A DNA stretch of 64,000 bases from a bacterium (GTDB lineage Bacteria; JADJOY01). The translations under genes and the position numbers were made by a program. Shown here one piece after another: positions 19,527-29,781 of the stretch. The notes below the pieces were generated by a model. The model made no database searches, was not told the origin of the DNA, and saw only the letters and a list, made by a program, of their open reading frames with translations. The stretch covers positions 1 through 64,000 of the forward strand of contig JAXLQJ010000011.1 of assembly GCA_046331705.1 (NCBI GenBank), read 5' to 3'. Numbering within the stretch: position 1 is the stretch's first letter; each line of letters begins with the position of its first letter.

Positions 19527-20750
19527 CTATCGGACCGCTGGCGACGAGTCGCCAAGCGGCTTGCGTCCCCGAACCGAGGTGTGGTGCGGCCCGGACTCGC
19601 GGACCTCGCTCAAGCCGGCAGCTCGAAACCACTCGATCACCTCGTGAGGGTGGTGGACGCCGTGATAGCGAGGCGAGAACCCATCGAAGGTGTCGAGCGT
19701 GTCCCACTCCGCGCCCAGCCCCTGGCGGCTGTACGGGAAGCAATCCCACAGGATCTTCGCGATCAGGGTGTCGGCGTGGCGGTGCGTGACCTCGATCAGC
19801 CAGCGGCACCAATCGTAGAACGCGTCCGCGGGGATTCGCCGGGTGAACGGTATCCAGGCCACGCGCGTCGCGTACGAGGCCTCGTTCGGGTACACCCAGA
19901 TGGCGATCGTACCGCCTGGTTTCAAGAGCGGGACCAAGGCCTCGAAGGCGCGACGCGTGTCCGGCGTGTGGTGCAGGACGCCGATCGACACGATCAGGTC
20001 GAACGTCCCGGGCGCGAACGGAAGCTCGAAGATGTCGGCCTGCGCGAGCTGCACGCCCTCGGTGCCGGCGAGGTTCGTGGCGGCCGCTTCGACGGCCAGG
20101 CTGAGATCGACGCCGACGACGCAAGCACCCCAGCGCCGCAGGATCTCGGCGAACCGCCCGGTGCCGACGCCAGCGTCGAGCACCACTCGACCCGCGACGT
20201 CGGCAGGCGCGAGTCCGGTCTTCTCGCGTAGCGTTCGCTCGCTCACGCCACCCGCGCCCGCGCTGTCGAGCTGGGTGGTCCGGTGGGTGTTCCACTCGCG
20301 GCTGAACGACCGCACGTAGCCGTCGCTGGGAACGAAGCGCGGGATGCCGCGCACGATCGGGAACTCGTGCCCGTGCGGACACACGAGCCGCTGGGGCTCG
20401 CGCGTCAGCGTCACGTGGCATCGCGGGCAGGCGAAGGGCGGCAATGCGGGGACGGGGCCCACGTGCGGCGCGGAGGCCGGCTCGACGGGCGCGTCGCCTG
20501 TCGCTGCGATCGGTAGCGCGTCAGCGGACGGCGCTTGGTCGGGGCGAGCGGGCGGCTGCCCGGTGAGGCGTGCGCGCAAGGCCCGCCACAGCACCCGTGG
20601 CGCCTTGCGGAACCCGAGGCGGACCCTCCCGGAGCCGATCAGCAGCAGCGCCGCCGCGCCGAGGTAGACCGAGACCAGCGCGATGTGAGCCGCGCGCGCG
20701 GCGGTCGACCGGCTTCCGAGCGTCAGCGCAGAAGCGGGGGACTCGTCCAT
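19527..20750 (-). CDS. Class I SAM-dependent methyltransferase with N-terminal TM segment and Trm112-like Zn ribbon
   Basis: CPRC...CPHGHEFPIVRGIPRF; VLDAGVGTGR, GVDLS, QADI..LPF, SIGVLHHTP, LKPGG. Confidence 0.85.
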   Translation of the reverse strand: MDESPASALTLGSRSTAARAAHIALVSVYLGAAALLLIGSGRVRLGFRKAPRVLWRALRARLTGQPPARPDQAPSADALPIAATGDAPVEPASAPHVGPVPALPPFACPRCHVTLTREPQRLVCPHGHEFPIVRGIPRFVPSDGYVRSFSREWNTHRTTQLDSAGAGGVSERTLREKTGLAPADVAGRVVLDAGVGTGRFAEILRRWGACVVGVDLSLAVEAAATNLAGTEGVQLAQADIFELPFAPGTFDLIVSIGVLHHTPDTRRAFEALVPLLKPGGTIAIWVYPNEASYATRVAWIPFTRRIPADAFYDWCRWLIEVTHRHADTLIAKILWDCFPYSRQGLGAEWDTLDTFDGFSPRYHGVHHPHEVIEWFRAAGLSEVRESGPHHTSVRGRKPLGDSSPAVR

Positions 20751-20874
20751 CGCGGGGCGTCGCGAAGTCTCTGTGGGAATTCCGTCGCGGGGAGGGATCC
20801 GACGAAACGGCGCGCGAATTGTGCTTCGGACTCGGCGATCTTCCAACCGCGAGCGAGTGCCTCGGCGCCTTGGC

Positions 20875-22686
20875 TCACGCGTAGATCCGCATCGTGCGCT
20901 CCACCATGCGCTCGATCGAGAATCGCTCGGTGACGAAGGCGCGCGCCTGCTCGCCCATGTCGCGAAGCAGCGCCGGGCGCGCTGCCAGCTCGGCGAGGCA
21001 CGCGGCCAGACCGTCGAGGTCGCCGGGGTCGCAGACACGCCCCGTCACGCCGTCGAGAACCGCCTCCGGCGCGCCCGCGGCGCGCGTCAGCACCGCGGGC
21101 ACGCCGAGGGCTTGGCTTTCGAGGACGACGTTCGGGCAGCCCTCGACGGCGGAGGTGAGCAGGCTCACGTCGGCGAGCGCGAGCCACTCGATGGGGTTGG
21201 CTCGTCGACCCACGAACACCAGGCAATCGCCGAGACCGAGCGATCGCGCACGCTCGTGGACGGCGGCTTCCTCGGGGCCAGCACCCACGTGAAACGCACG
21301 CAGGCCCGGGATCGTGACGCGGGTGCGCGCGAGCACCTCCAGGAAGTCGAGCGGCCGCTTCTCGGGAGCGAGCCGGAAGACGCCGCCGATCACGAAGGCG
21401 TCCGCGGGTAGGCCCGCTTCCGCGCGCTTGCGCGCGCGCCACGCGGGATCGCTCGCGGCCGCGCGAACCCCTGCCGCCACCTCGACGCCGTTGTGGACCA
21501 CGTGGAATCGTCGCGCATCGACGCCGCACCAGGCGGCGTAGTCGGCTGCTCCCGCGTGCGAGTTGGCGATGAGGCGCACCGTGGGCGCATGCGCCGCGAG
21601 CCGATAGCTCGCGCGAAACCACGTCCGATGGAGCACGGGAAAGTGCCGTGGGTTCACGTTCCGCGTGCTCAGCACCACGCGCGGCACACGGGCCAGCAGG
21701 CCCGCCACGGCGCCGACCGCGTTGGGCTCGTCGAGCCAGCAATGGAGCACCGCCGGTGCTTCCTGCTCGAGCGCCGCGACCAGCGGCAGCACCACGCGCC
21801 GCGCGGGATGGGCGTCGAGCGCGGCGCGCAGCGGCGCCGGCCAATCGCGCGCGGCGTGCGCGGGAAGCACGCGTCGCGGCGCGAAGCTCGGCAGCCGCGC
21901 CCCGAGATCGTGAAGCTCGCGCACGCGGACGCCGCCCGCGACGAGCTCGGGCGCATGGTGGGACGCGGCGCCCGCGAGCGGCATCGAGGTGAGCACCGTC
22001 ACCGCATGTCCGAGGCGAGCCTCGGCGAGCGCCAGGTAGGTGAGCTGTCGCTCGGCACCGCCGGCGCCCAGGTTGCCGATGTAGTGGACGATCGAGCGTC
22101 GCGCGCGTGCGTCGTCCGCCGCCGCGCGCGGGTCGCGCTCGCCCGGGACCACCCGCGCCGCCTCGGCGAGGGTGCGTCGCACGGCGCGCCGTGACGGTAC
22201 CGCCGGCACGAGCTGCCACCCGCCGATCCGAAGCGACCGCCCGCTCGCGCGCTCGATCCGCCGCAACGCCGCCGCGACGCTCCCCCACGCGCCGAGCGCC
22301 AACGCTGCCAGCGGCGGCGTGGCGAGCGACGCGCCGACGGAGTGGGTGAAGTGGAAGCGCCGCGCGCCGCTTCTGCACGCTTCCCAGATCGGCGTGAAGC
22401 GCGCGCTCTCGATCGAGTGGATCACGACCGCGCGCGGGACGACGCCGCGCTCGCGCAACGTCGCACGCAGATCGTGGAGCGGGATTCGCGGGGCGGCCGG
22501 CGCGTGGCGGAGCGGAACCGGGCGATCGGCTGCCACGATCAACGCGGTGGCGCCCTCGATGGGCGGCGGCGGATCGCTCGGATCGAGGACCACGACGAGC
22601 GCCGGACCCGCCGGCAGGACGACGCGGCCGGGCCACCCGGGCGTCAGGCCGAAGCGGCGGACCACGTCGAATCGAATGCGGGGCAT
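20875..22686 (-). CDS. Glycosyltransferase family 4 with extra N-terminal domain (paralog 2)
   Basis: HYIGNLGAGGAERQL, LHCWLD, IANS, VHNG, EKRP, EGCPNVVLE. Confidence 0.85.
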   Translation of the reverse strand: MPRIRFDVVRRFGLTPGWPGRVVLPAGPALVVVLDPSDPPPPIEGATALIVAADRPVPLRHAPAAPRIPLHDLRATLRERGVVPRAVVIHSIESARFTPIWEACRSGARRFHFTHSVGASLATPPLAALALGAWGSVAAALRRIERASGRSLRIGGWQLVPAVPSRRAVRRTLAEAARVVPGERDPRAAADDARARRSIVHYIGNLGAGGAERQLTYLALAEARLGHAVTVLTSMPLAGAASHHAPELVAGGVRVRELHDLGARLPSFAPRRVLPAHAARDWPAPLRAALDAHPARRVVLPLVAALEQEAPAVLHCWLDEPNAVGAVAGLLARVPRVVLSTRNVNPRHFPVLHRTWFRASYRLAAHAPTVRLIANSHAGAADYAAWCGVDARRFHVVHNGVEVAAGVRAAASDPAWRARKRAEAGLPADAFVIGGVFRLAPEKRPLDFLEVLARTRVTIPGLRAFHVGAGPEEAAVHERARSLGLGDCLVFVGRRANPIEWLALADVSLLTSAVEGCPNVVLESQALGVPAVLTRAAGAPEAVLDGVTGRVCDPGDLDGLAACLAELAARPALLRDMGEQARAFVTERFSIERMVERTMRIYA

Positions 22687-22822
22687 CGCGCGCGACGGCC
22701 GCGATCGGAGGCAGGTGCGAACGCGCTCGATCTCGCGGGCGCCTCACAGTCGCATCGCCCGCCCCGAGCCGGCAAGCGCGCTTCGACGCCGATCACGGCG
22801 GCCGCGGCTCGCTTCGCCGGGC

Positions 22823-24637
22823 TCAGCCGTAGAGCGCCAGCGTCTCGCGCACCATGCGTTCGATCGAGAAGCGCTCGCGCACGAAAGCGCGGGCGTGCCG
22901 TCCCATCTCGGCGCCGCGCTCGCGGTCCGCGGCGAGCTCCCCGAGCCGCGCCGCCATCGCCGCCACGTCGCCGACGCCGCACACGAAGCCGGTCTCGCCG
23001 TGGAGCACGACCTCGGGGCATCCGCCGCCGTCGGTGACCAGGGCGGGAATCCCGAGCGCTTGGGCTTCGAGGGGAACGTTGGGGCATCCCTCGAACTCCG
23101 AGGTGAGCAGGCACGCGTCCGCGATCGCGAGCCAGCGCTCGGGATCGGGAACGCGCCCCAGGAACCGGAGCACGCCGTCGAGGCGCAGCTCGGCGGCGCA
23201 CGCGTGCACGCGCGCCTCGTCCGGCCCGGTGCCGACGTGGATCGCGCGCACGCCCGGTAGCTGGTCGCGCAGTCGCGCGATGGCCGCCAGGAAGTCGAGC
23301 GGCCGCTTCTCCACCGTGAATCGATGGATGGCGGCGACCAGAAACGCATCCGGCGCGATCCCGATGCGCGCGCGCAGCGCCGCACGCTCCGCCGCCGAGG
23401 CGGGCTCGAGGCGCGCGATGTCGATGCCGTTGTGGATCACGGTGAAACGACGCCGATCGAGACCGCTCCACCGCGCGTAATCGTCGGCTCCGGCGGCGGA
23501 GTTGGCGACCAGGCGGACGGCGGCGGCGCGCGCCGCGAGCCGGTAGCTCGGGCGGTACCAGGTGCGCAGGAAGCGCGGATGGCGACTCGGGCTCAAGCTA
23601 CGCGTGCTGAGCAGCACGCGCGGCACGCCTGTCGTGAGGCCGGCCAGCGCGCCGATCGCGTTCGGCTCGTCGAGCCAGCAGTGGAGCACCGCCGGCGTGG
23701 ATCGGTGGAGCGCTTCGAGCAACGGCACCAAGCGATGCCGCGCGGGATGGGCTTCGACGGCCGCGACCAGCTCCGCGTCGAGCCCGGCGGCGAGCACGTC
23801 GGCGAGCGCCCGTCGCGGGCCGAAGCGCCGCCGTGCAGGGATGGCCTCGACGGTCACGCCGGCCGCGGCGAGCGCGGGCGCGAAATGCGCGCCGGTTCCC
23901 ACCAGCGGCAACGCCGTGAGGACCCGGACGGGTAGGCCGCGCGCGCGTTGCTCGGACACGAGCTCGAGCAGCTGTCGCTCCGCGCCGCCTGGGCTCAGGT
24001 CGCTGATGTAGTGGACGATCTCGCGCCGCTCCGCTGCGCCAGCTGCGCGCGCCGTGGCGCTCGCCTGGGTCGCGCGGCTACGCCGGACCGCGCCGAGGAA
24101 GGCCGCTCGCACGGCGCGGCGCGACGGCGCATCCGCGCCGACCACCCAGCCGCCGATCGCCGCTCGTCGCGTGAGCGAGCGCAGCGCCTGCGCCGCGCAG
24201 CGGCGCGCCGATCCCCACGCACCGAGGAGCAGCGCCGTGCGGCGCGGCACCGAGAACGACGCCCCTGCCGCATAGGTGAAGTGGAAGCGCCGAACGCCGT
24301 ATCCGACGAGGCGCGCGAGTGGCAGGAACGTCGCCGATTCGAGTGCGTGAAACACGGCCTCGCGGGCCACGTCCGCGGCGTTCCCGGTCGCGCGGGCGTG
24401 CGCGAACGCCGCCCAGTCGGCGTAGTGGCGCACCCGCCGGTCGTGCAGCCACCAACCGTGCGCGGCGATCAGCGCGATGTGGTCGCAGCCCACGATCGGG
24501 CTCGGCGGCTCGCGCTCCTCGAGACAGAGCACGACGACGGTGCAGGCGGTCGAGGCGTCTGGCGCGACCACGATCCGTCCCGGCCAGCCCGGCTCGATGC
24601 CGAGCCAGCGCACCAGAGACGAGATCAGTCGTGGCAT
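22823..24637 (-). CDS. Glycosyltransferase family 4 with extra N-terminal domain (paralog 3)
   Basis: HYISDLSPGGAERQL, LHCWLD, VANS, IHNG, EKRP, EGCPNVPLE; start chosen by similarity to paralog 2 (MPR...PGWPGR). Confidence 0.85.
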   Translation of the reverse strand: MPRLISSLVRWLGIEPGWPGRIVVAPDASTACTVVVLCLEEREPPSPIVGCDHIALIAAHGWWLHDRRVRHYADWAAFAHARATGNAADVAREAVFHALESATFLPLARLVGYGVRRFHFTYAAGASFSVPRRTALLLGAWGSARRCAAQALRSLTRRAAIGGWVVGADAPSRRAVRAAFLGAVRRSRATQASATARAAGAAERREIVHYISDLSPGGAERQLLELVSEQRARGLPVRVLTALPLVGTGAHFAPALAAAGVTVEAIPARRRFGPRRALADVLAAGLDAELVAAVEAHPARHRLVPLLEALHRSTPAVLHCWLDEPNAIGALAGLTTGVPRVLLSTRSLSPSRHPRFLRTWYRPSYRLAARAAAVRLVANSAAGADDYARWSGLDRRRFTVIHNGIDIARLEPASAAERAALRARIGIAPDAFLVAAIHRFTVEKRPLDFLAAIARLRDQLPGVRAIHVGTGPDEARVHACAAELRLDGVLRFLGRVPDPERWLAIADACLLTSEFEGCPNVPLEAQALGIPALVTDGGGCPEVVLHGETGFVCGVGDVAAMAARLGELAADRERGAEMGRHARAFVRERFSIERMVRETLALYG

Positions 24638-24806
24638 GGGGCGGGCGAGAAGGATGCGGCGCGCGGGCGACGGCGGCTGACGCTCGCATCGCTCTCGGGC
24701 GGAAGGCAAGAGGGCGCGTTTCCTGGGGCGGAGCTCGCTCCACGCGCGCCCGGCGCGCGTGACCGATCTGCTATACCGAGCCCCCCGCTCCCGCCCGGCG
24801 AGAACG

Positions 24807-25949
24807 ATGAACGTACCGCTGCTCGACCTCAAGGCGCAGTACCGCACCATTCGCGACGAGGTCCAGGCGGCGGTCGCCGAGGTCTTCGAGGCGCAGAGCT
24901 TCATCCTCGGCCCGTACGTCGAGCGCTTCGAGCGCGAGGTCGCGGCGTACGTGGGCGTGAAGCACGCGATCGGCGTGTCGTCCGGCACGGATGCGCTGCT
25001 GGCGGCGCTGATGGCGCTCGGCGTGGGGCCCGGCGACGAGGTCATCACGTCGCCCTACACCTTCTTCGCCACCGGCGGATCGATCTGGCGTCTCGGTGCC
25101 AGGCCAGTCTTCGTCGACATCGACCCCGACACCTTCAACCTGCGCGTCGACCGCGTCGCGGGCGTCCTCACGCCGCGCACCAGGGCGCTCATGCCCGTGC
25201 ACCTCTACGGGCGCATGGCGGACATGGACCCGCTGCTCGAGGTGGCCGAGCGCCACGGCTTGCCCATCGTGGAGGACGCGGCGCAGGCGATCGGCGCCGC
25301 CTACCGCGGCCGTAATGCCGGCGCGGTGGGGACGCTCGGCTGCTTCTCGTTCTTCCCGTCGAAGAACCTGGGCGGCGCTGGCGATGGCGGCCTGGTCACC
25401 ACCAACGACGACGACCTCGCCGCGCGGCTGCGGATGCTCCGCGTTCACGGCTCGAAGATCAAGTACGACCACGAGATCGTGGGCGGCAACTTCCGCCTCG
25501 ATGCCCTGCAGGCCGCCGTGCTCTCGGTCAAGCTCAAGCACCTCGACGCGTGGGCGCGCGGCCGCCAGCGCAACGCCGCGCGCTACGTGCGGCTGTTTGG
25601 CGACGCGGGGCTCGTGCCCGGCCTGCTCCGACCGCCGAGCGAGCCGTGCGCCGCAGGCGATCGCCACGTGTTCAACCAGTTCGTGGTGCGCAGCACGCGG
25701 CGCGACGACTTGAAGGAATTCCTCGGCCAGCACGGCGTCGGCAGCGAGGTCTACTATCCGGTTCCCTTGCATCGTCAGACCTGCTTCGCGACCCTGGGCC
25801 TCGGGGACGGCTCGTTCCCCGAGAGCGAACGGGCCGCCCGCGAAACGCTCGCCTTGCCCATCTATCCGGAGCTCGCCGATGATCAGGCGACCTACGTGGT
25901 CGAAACGATTCGTCGCTTCGTCGCCAGCCACGCCGCTTCCCGGGAGTGA
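24807..25949 (+). CDS. DegT/DnrJ/EryC1/StrS aminotransferase (WbpE-like)
   Basis: [57 protein letters not shown]. Confidence 0.93.
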   Translation: MNVPLLDLKAQYRTIRDEVQAAVAEVFEAQSFILGPYVERFEREVAAYVGVKHAIGVSSGTDALLAALMALGVGPGDEVITSPYTFFATGGSIWRLGARPVFVDIDPDTFNLRVDRVAGVLTPRTRALMPVHLYGRMADMDPLLEVAERHGLPIVEDAAQAIGAAYRGRNAGAVGTLGCFSFFPSKNLGGAGDGGLVTTNDDDLAARLRMLRVHGSKIKYDHEIVGGNFRLDALQAAVLSVKLKHLDAWARGRQRNAARYVRLFGDAGLVPGLLRPPSEPCAAGDRHVFNQFVVRSTRRDDLKEFLGQHGVGSEVYYPVPLHRQTCFATLGLGDGSFPESERAARETLALPIYPELADDQATYVVETIRRFVASHAASRE

Positions 25950-26003
25950 CGCGTCGTCGACGAGACGCCCCCCGCCGAAGCGCCTCCTGCGCCCGCGCTC
26001 CCC

Positions 26004-26465
26004 ATGAGCCAGATCCGCAACGTCGACCAGTTCCGCGGCAGCCTGAGGCGCTTCCTGCACGCCAAGGGCCTCAAGTCCACGCGCCAGCGCGAGCTGGTCG
26101 CCGACTCGTTCCTGGCCACGCGCGAGCACGTCAGCGCGGACGAGCTCTACCGCGAGATCAGCGCGCAGCACCCGGGCATCGGCTACGCCACCGTGTACCG
26201 GACGCTCAAGCTGCTCAAGGAGGCGGGGCTCGCCGCCGAGCGTCATTTCGGGGAAGGCTTCGCGCGCTTCGAGCCGCTCGAGCCCGGCCAGCACCACGAT
26301 CACCTGATCTGCACGAGCTGCGGGACCATCGTCGAGTTCGAGAATCCCGACATCGAGTCGCTGCAGAACCGGGTGGCCGAGCGCCACGGCTTCGCCATCG
26401 ACTACCACCGTCTCGAGCTCTACGGGCGCTGCCGCGCTTGCCGTCGCAAGGCGAGCAGCGGCTGA
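26004..26465 (+). CDS. fur: Fur family transcriptional regulator
   Basis: TRQR, HVSADELY, ATVYRTL, HHDHLICTSCG, C-terminal CRAC. Confidence 0.92.
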   Translation: MSQIRNVDQFRGSLRRFLHAKGLKSTRQRELVADSFLATREHVSADELYREISAQHPGIGYATVYRTLKLLKEAGLAAERHFGEGFARFEPLEPGQHHDHLICTSCGTIVEFENPDIESLQNRVAERHGFAIDYHRLELYGRCRACRRKASSG

Positions 26466-26579
26466 GCTGACGACGCGCCCGGGCAGCGCCTCCCGCGCGC
26501 GGGCTGTCGCGCTCGGCGACGGGACGGACGGCGGTCGCGGGTGTAGCCTTCGTCGGCCTCGGTTCGCGGAGCTCGCGCC

Positions 26580-28517
26580 ATGTGTGGAATCGCCGGCATC
26601 CTGTCGCGTGCGCCGTCGCGGGCGCTCGGCGAGACCTTGCAGCGGATGTGCGACGTCCAGGCCCATCGCGGGCCCGACGGGGCCGGCTATTACCTCGCCG
26701 CCGCGGGGCGGCCCGGTCGCGTCCTCGAGCACGTCGAGCGCGCCGCGAGCAGCGACGGGCAGGCGCCGATCGTGGCGCTCGGCCATCGGCGCCTCGCGAT
26801 CATCGACGTCGCCGGCGGCTTTCAGCCCATGGGCGATGCGAGCGGCGAGGTCTGGCTCACGTACAACGGCGAGGTCTACAACTTCCGCGAGCTCGCCGCC
26901 CAGCTGACGGCGCGCGGCCACCGGTTGCGCACCCGCTCCGATACCGAGGTCGTGCTCACGGCTTACCTCGAGTGGGGCGACGCCTTCCTGGAGCGCCTGG
27001 TGGGGATGTTCGCGCTGGCGATCTGGGACGGGCGGCGCCGGGCGTTGCTGCTCGCGCGCGACCCCGTCGGCGTCAAACCGCTCCACTGGGCGCTGGCGGA
27101 CGGGCGCTTCGTCTTCGCTTCCGAGCTCAAGGGCGTGCTCGCCGCCGGCGCGATCGATCGCGCGATCGACCTCGCGGCCCTCGACCGCTATCTCGACCAC
27201 GACTACATCGCCGCGCCGTTCACGATCTTCCGCTCGGTGCGAAAGCTCGAGGCCGCGCAGCGAATGACGGTTCGCTGGGATGAGGGCGAGCTCCTCGTCG
27301 ACGAGCCCCGTCGCTACTGGCGCCTCGAGCCGCGCGTCGATCCGGTTCCCAAGACCTCCGACTGGATCGAGGGGGTGCGCGAGCGGGTCGAGCGTTCGGT
27401 CAAGGCGCAGCTGGTCTCGGACGTGCCCGTGGGCGCGTTTCTCTCGGGTGGGATCGACTCGAGCGTGGTGGTCGCGTCGATGGCCGATGCCCACGCCGGC
27501 GCGGTGCGGACGTTCTCGATCGGCTTTCGCGAGGAGGCGTTCTCCGAGCTGCCGTACGCGCGCCGCGTCGCCGAGCACTGCGGCACCGAGCACACCGAGT
27601 TCGTCGTCACCACCGACCTGCTGGACGTGCTGCCCCGGCTCGTCGCCCAGCACGACGAGCCGTTCGCGGACAGCTCGATGGTGCCGACCCATTACGTGTG
27701 CCGGGAAACGCGCCGCAGCGTGACGGTGGCGCTCTCGGGAGACGGCGGGGACGAGCTCTTCGCCGGCTACAACCGGTACACGCAGGCGCTCTGGATGCGT
27801 GCGGTCATGGACTCGATCCCGCGTCCGTTGCACGCGCCGCTTCGGCACCTTCCCGAGCCGTCGTTGCAGCCCTGGCGGCGCTACGTGCGGGGTCTCAAGA
27901 TCCTGGCCGGCCTCGACGCGTGGGAGCGCTACCGCTTCTTGATGACGCGTCTCGAGCCGGCGCGGCGCGCGAGCCTGGTGCGCGCGGAGGTGCGCGACGC
28001 CACGCCGCCGCAGCCGCCGCGTGGTGCGCTCGCCGCCCACTTCGACGCTGCCGCCTCGGCGGACTACCTGACGCGCATCCAGTACACGGATTTCATGAGC
28101 TACCTGCCCGAGGACGTGCTCACGAAGGTGGATCGCGCGAGCATGATGCACTCGCTGGAGGTGCGTGTGCCGTTGCTCGATCACTCGCTGGTCGAGTACG
28201 CGTTCCGGATGCCGTCGCGCCTCAAGATGCGCCTCGGCGAGAAGAAGTGGGTGTTGAAGCAGGCGTTTCGCGATCGTCTCGACGCGTCGACCCTGAAGCG
28301 GCCCAAGATGGGCTTCGGCATCCCGATCGACGCGTGGTTCCGCGGGCCGCTGGCGCCGCTCGCGCGCGACTTGCTCCTCGGCACGCCCGACCCGTATCTG
28401 GACCGGCCCGCGGTGGAACGCCTCTTCGACGAGCACGTGCGCGGCGTGGCGCCGTGGGGCTACCCGCTGTGGAATCTGCTGGTGCTGAAGATCTGGCTCG
28501 GTCAGCAGGCGAGCTGA
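26580..28517 (+). CDS. asnB: Asparagine synthase (glutamine-hydrolysing)-like amidotransferase
   Basis: MCGIAG, HRGPDG, GHRRLAIID, NGEVYN, SDTEV, LSGGIDSS, SGDGGDELFAGY, KVDRASM..SLEVRVP. Confidence 0.93.
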   Translation: MCGIAGILSRAPSRALGETLQRMCDVQAHRGPDGAGYYLAAAGRPGRVLEHVERAASSDGQAPIVALGHRRLAIIDVAGGFQPMGDASGEVWLTYNGEVYNFRELAAQLTARGHRLRTRSDTEVVLTAYLEWGDAFLERLVGMFALAIWDGRRRALLLARDPVGVKPLHWALADGRFVFASELKGVLAAGAIDRAIDLAALDRYLDHDYIAAPFTIFRSVRKLEAAQRMTVRWDEGELLVDEPRRYWRLEPRVDPVPKTSDWIEGVRERVERSVKAQLVSDVPVGAFLSGGIDSSVVVASMADAHAGAVRTFSIGFREEAFSELPYARRVAEHCGTEHTEFVVTTDLLDVLPRLVAQHDEPFADSSMVPTHYVCRETRRSVTVALSGDGGDELFAGYNRYTQALWMRAVMDSIPRPLHAPLRHLPEPSLQPWRRYVRGLKILAGLDAWERYRFLMTRLEPARRASLVRAEVRDATPPQPPRGALAAHFDAAASADYLTRIQYTDFMSYLPEDVLTKVDRASMMHSLEVRVPLLDHSLVEYAFRMPSRLKMRLGEKKWVLKQAFRDRLDASTLKRPKMGFGIPIDAWFRGPLAPLARDLLLGTPDPYLDRPAVERLFDEHVRGVAPWGYPLWNLLVLKIWLGQQAS

Positions 28518-28565
28518 GTCCGCGCGCGCGGGCTCCGGTTCGCGCGCGACTCGCCGCGGCGCGAC

Positions 28566-29714
28566 TCAGGCGTGCGCGGGCCGCCGGTGCGCGCCGGCGG
28601 CGCTGCGATCGTCGATCGCCGAGCGATACATCGCGAGATGCCCCTCGCCGACGCGATCCATCGCGAAGCGCTCCACGGCGCGCGCGCGGCTTCGCGCACC
28701 GAGATCGCCGCGCAGCCGTGCGTCGGTGAGCACCGCATCGAGCGCTCGCGCCAGCGCGGTCACGTCGCCGACGGGAACGAAGATCGCGGCGTCGCCGAGG
28801 ACGTGGCGGTTCTCCGGGATGTCGGTGGTGACGATCGGCCGCGCCGCCGCCATGGCCTCGAGCAGCGCGTTGGACATCCCCTCGGCGCGCGAGGGCAGCA
28901 CGAACGCCGCGCAGCGCGCCAGTCGCGCCGACCAGTCGGGGGGCGTGCCCACGAAGCGCACGGATGGCTCGATTCCCAGGCGCGCGCTCGCTTGCTGGAG
29001 ATCGGCGAGCAGGGGGCCGACGCCGGCGACGTCGAGACGCGCGCCAGAGCGACTCGATCGAGCCTGGGCCCAGGCCTCGAGGAGCACGTCGGGGCATTTC
29101 TGCTCCACCAGCCGGCCCCCGAAGAGCACCACCGCTGGCGCCTCGTCGCCGGACGAGGGCTCGACGGGGATCTCGATCCCGAACGGGAGATCGACGCAGC
29201 GCTCGGACGCGGTCCCGATCTCGAGGAGCTCGTCGCGGATCGGCGGGGCGGCGCTCTGGAAGCGATCGACGCGCGCGAGGCCCCAGCGCAGCACCTGGCG
29301 CGCGCTGCCGCGCCGCAACAGGCGGTGGACCTCGCCGTCCTGGCCCGCGCAGAGCACGGTCAGCACCACGGCGCAGCCGTTGCCGGCGAGCAAGCGCACG
29401 AGCGGCAGCGGGTAGTCGATGCCGTGCACGTGGATCACGTCGACGCCCCGGCGGCGTGCGCGCCCGATCTCCGCCGCGACCAGCGCCAGGTACGAGGCCG
29501 CGTCGAGCGCTCTCAGCGGAGCGCCGTCGCGGGCCGTGAATCGTCGGGAGCGCGACACTCGCACGCCGTCGCGGCCTTCGCGCGCGGGAGCTAAGGCCTG
29601 TCCGCGCGTGACCACCGTCACGTCGACGTCGTGCCGGGCAAGCCAGCGGGACAAGCGCTCGCAGTTGCGCTCCGCGCCACCCACCGCTGGCGGGTAGCCG
29701 GCGACGATCATCAA
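28566..29714 (-). CDS. Glycosyltransferase family 4 (start uncertain)
   Basis: YPP..GGAER, GRLVEQK, LPSRAEGMSNALLEAMA; in-frame CTG at 29723 would give the usual KVLMI start. Confidence 0.87.
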   Translation of the reverse strand: MMIVAGYPPAVGGAERNCERLSRWLARHDVDVTVVTRGQALAPAREGRDGVRVSRSRRFTARDGAPLRALDAASYLALVAAEIGRARRRGVDVIHVHGIDYPLPLVRLLAGNGCAVVLTVLCAGQDGEVHRLLRRGSARQVLRWGLARVDRFQSAAPPIRDELLEIGTASERCVDLPFGIEIPVEPSSGDEAPAVVLFGGRLVEQKCPDVLLEAWAQARSSRSGARLDVAGVGPLLADLQQASARLGIEPSVRFVGTPPDWSARLARCAAFVLPSRAEGMSNALLEAMAAARPIVTTDIPENRHVLGDAAIFVPVGDVTALARALDAVLTDARLRGDLGARSRARAVERFAMDRVGEGHLAMYRSAIDDRSAAGAHRRPAHA

Positions 29715-29781
29715 GACCTTCAGCCGTCGGCTCCGGATGGGGGTGGCGGCGCAGCGAGACGCGAGCGAAGCGGAGGCCGCG

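Noticed and set aside
24771-28436. 1221-aa minus-strand ORF
   Set aside because: Antisense to degT-fur-asnB; no motifs
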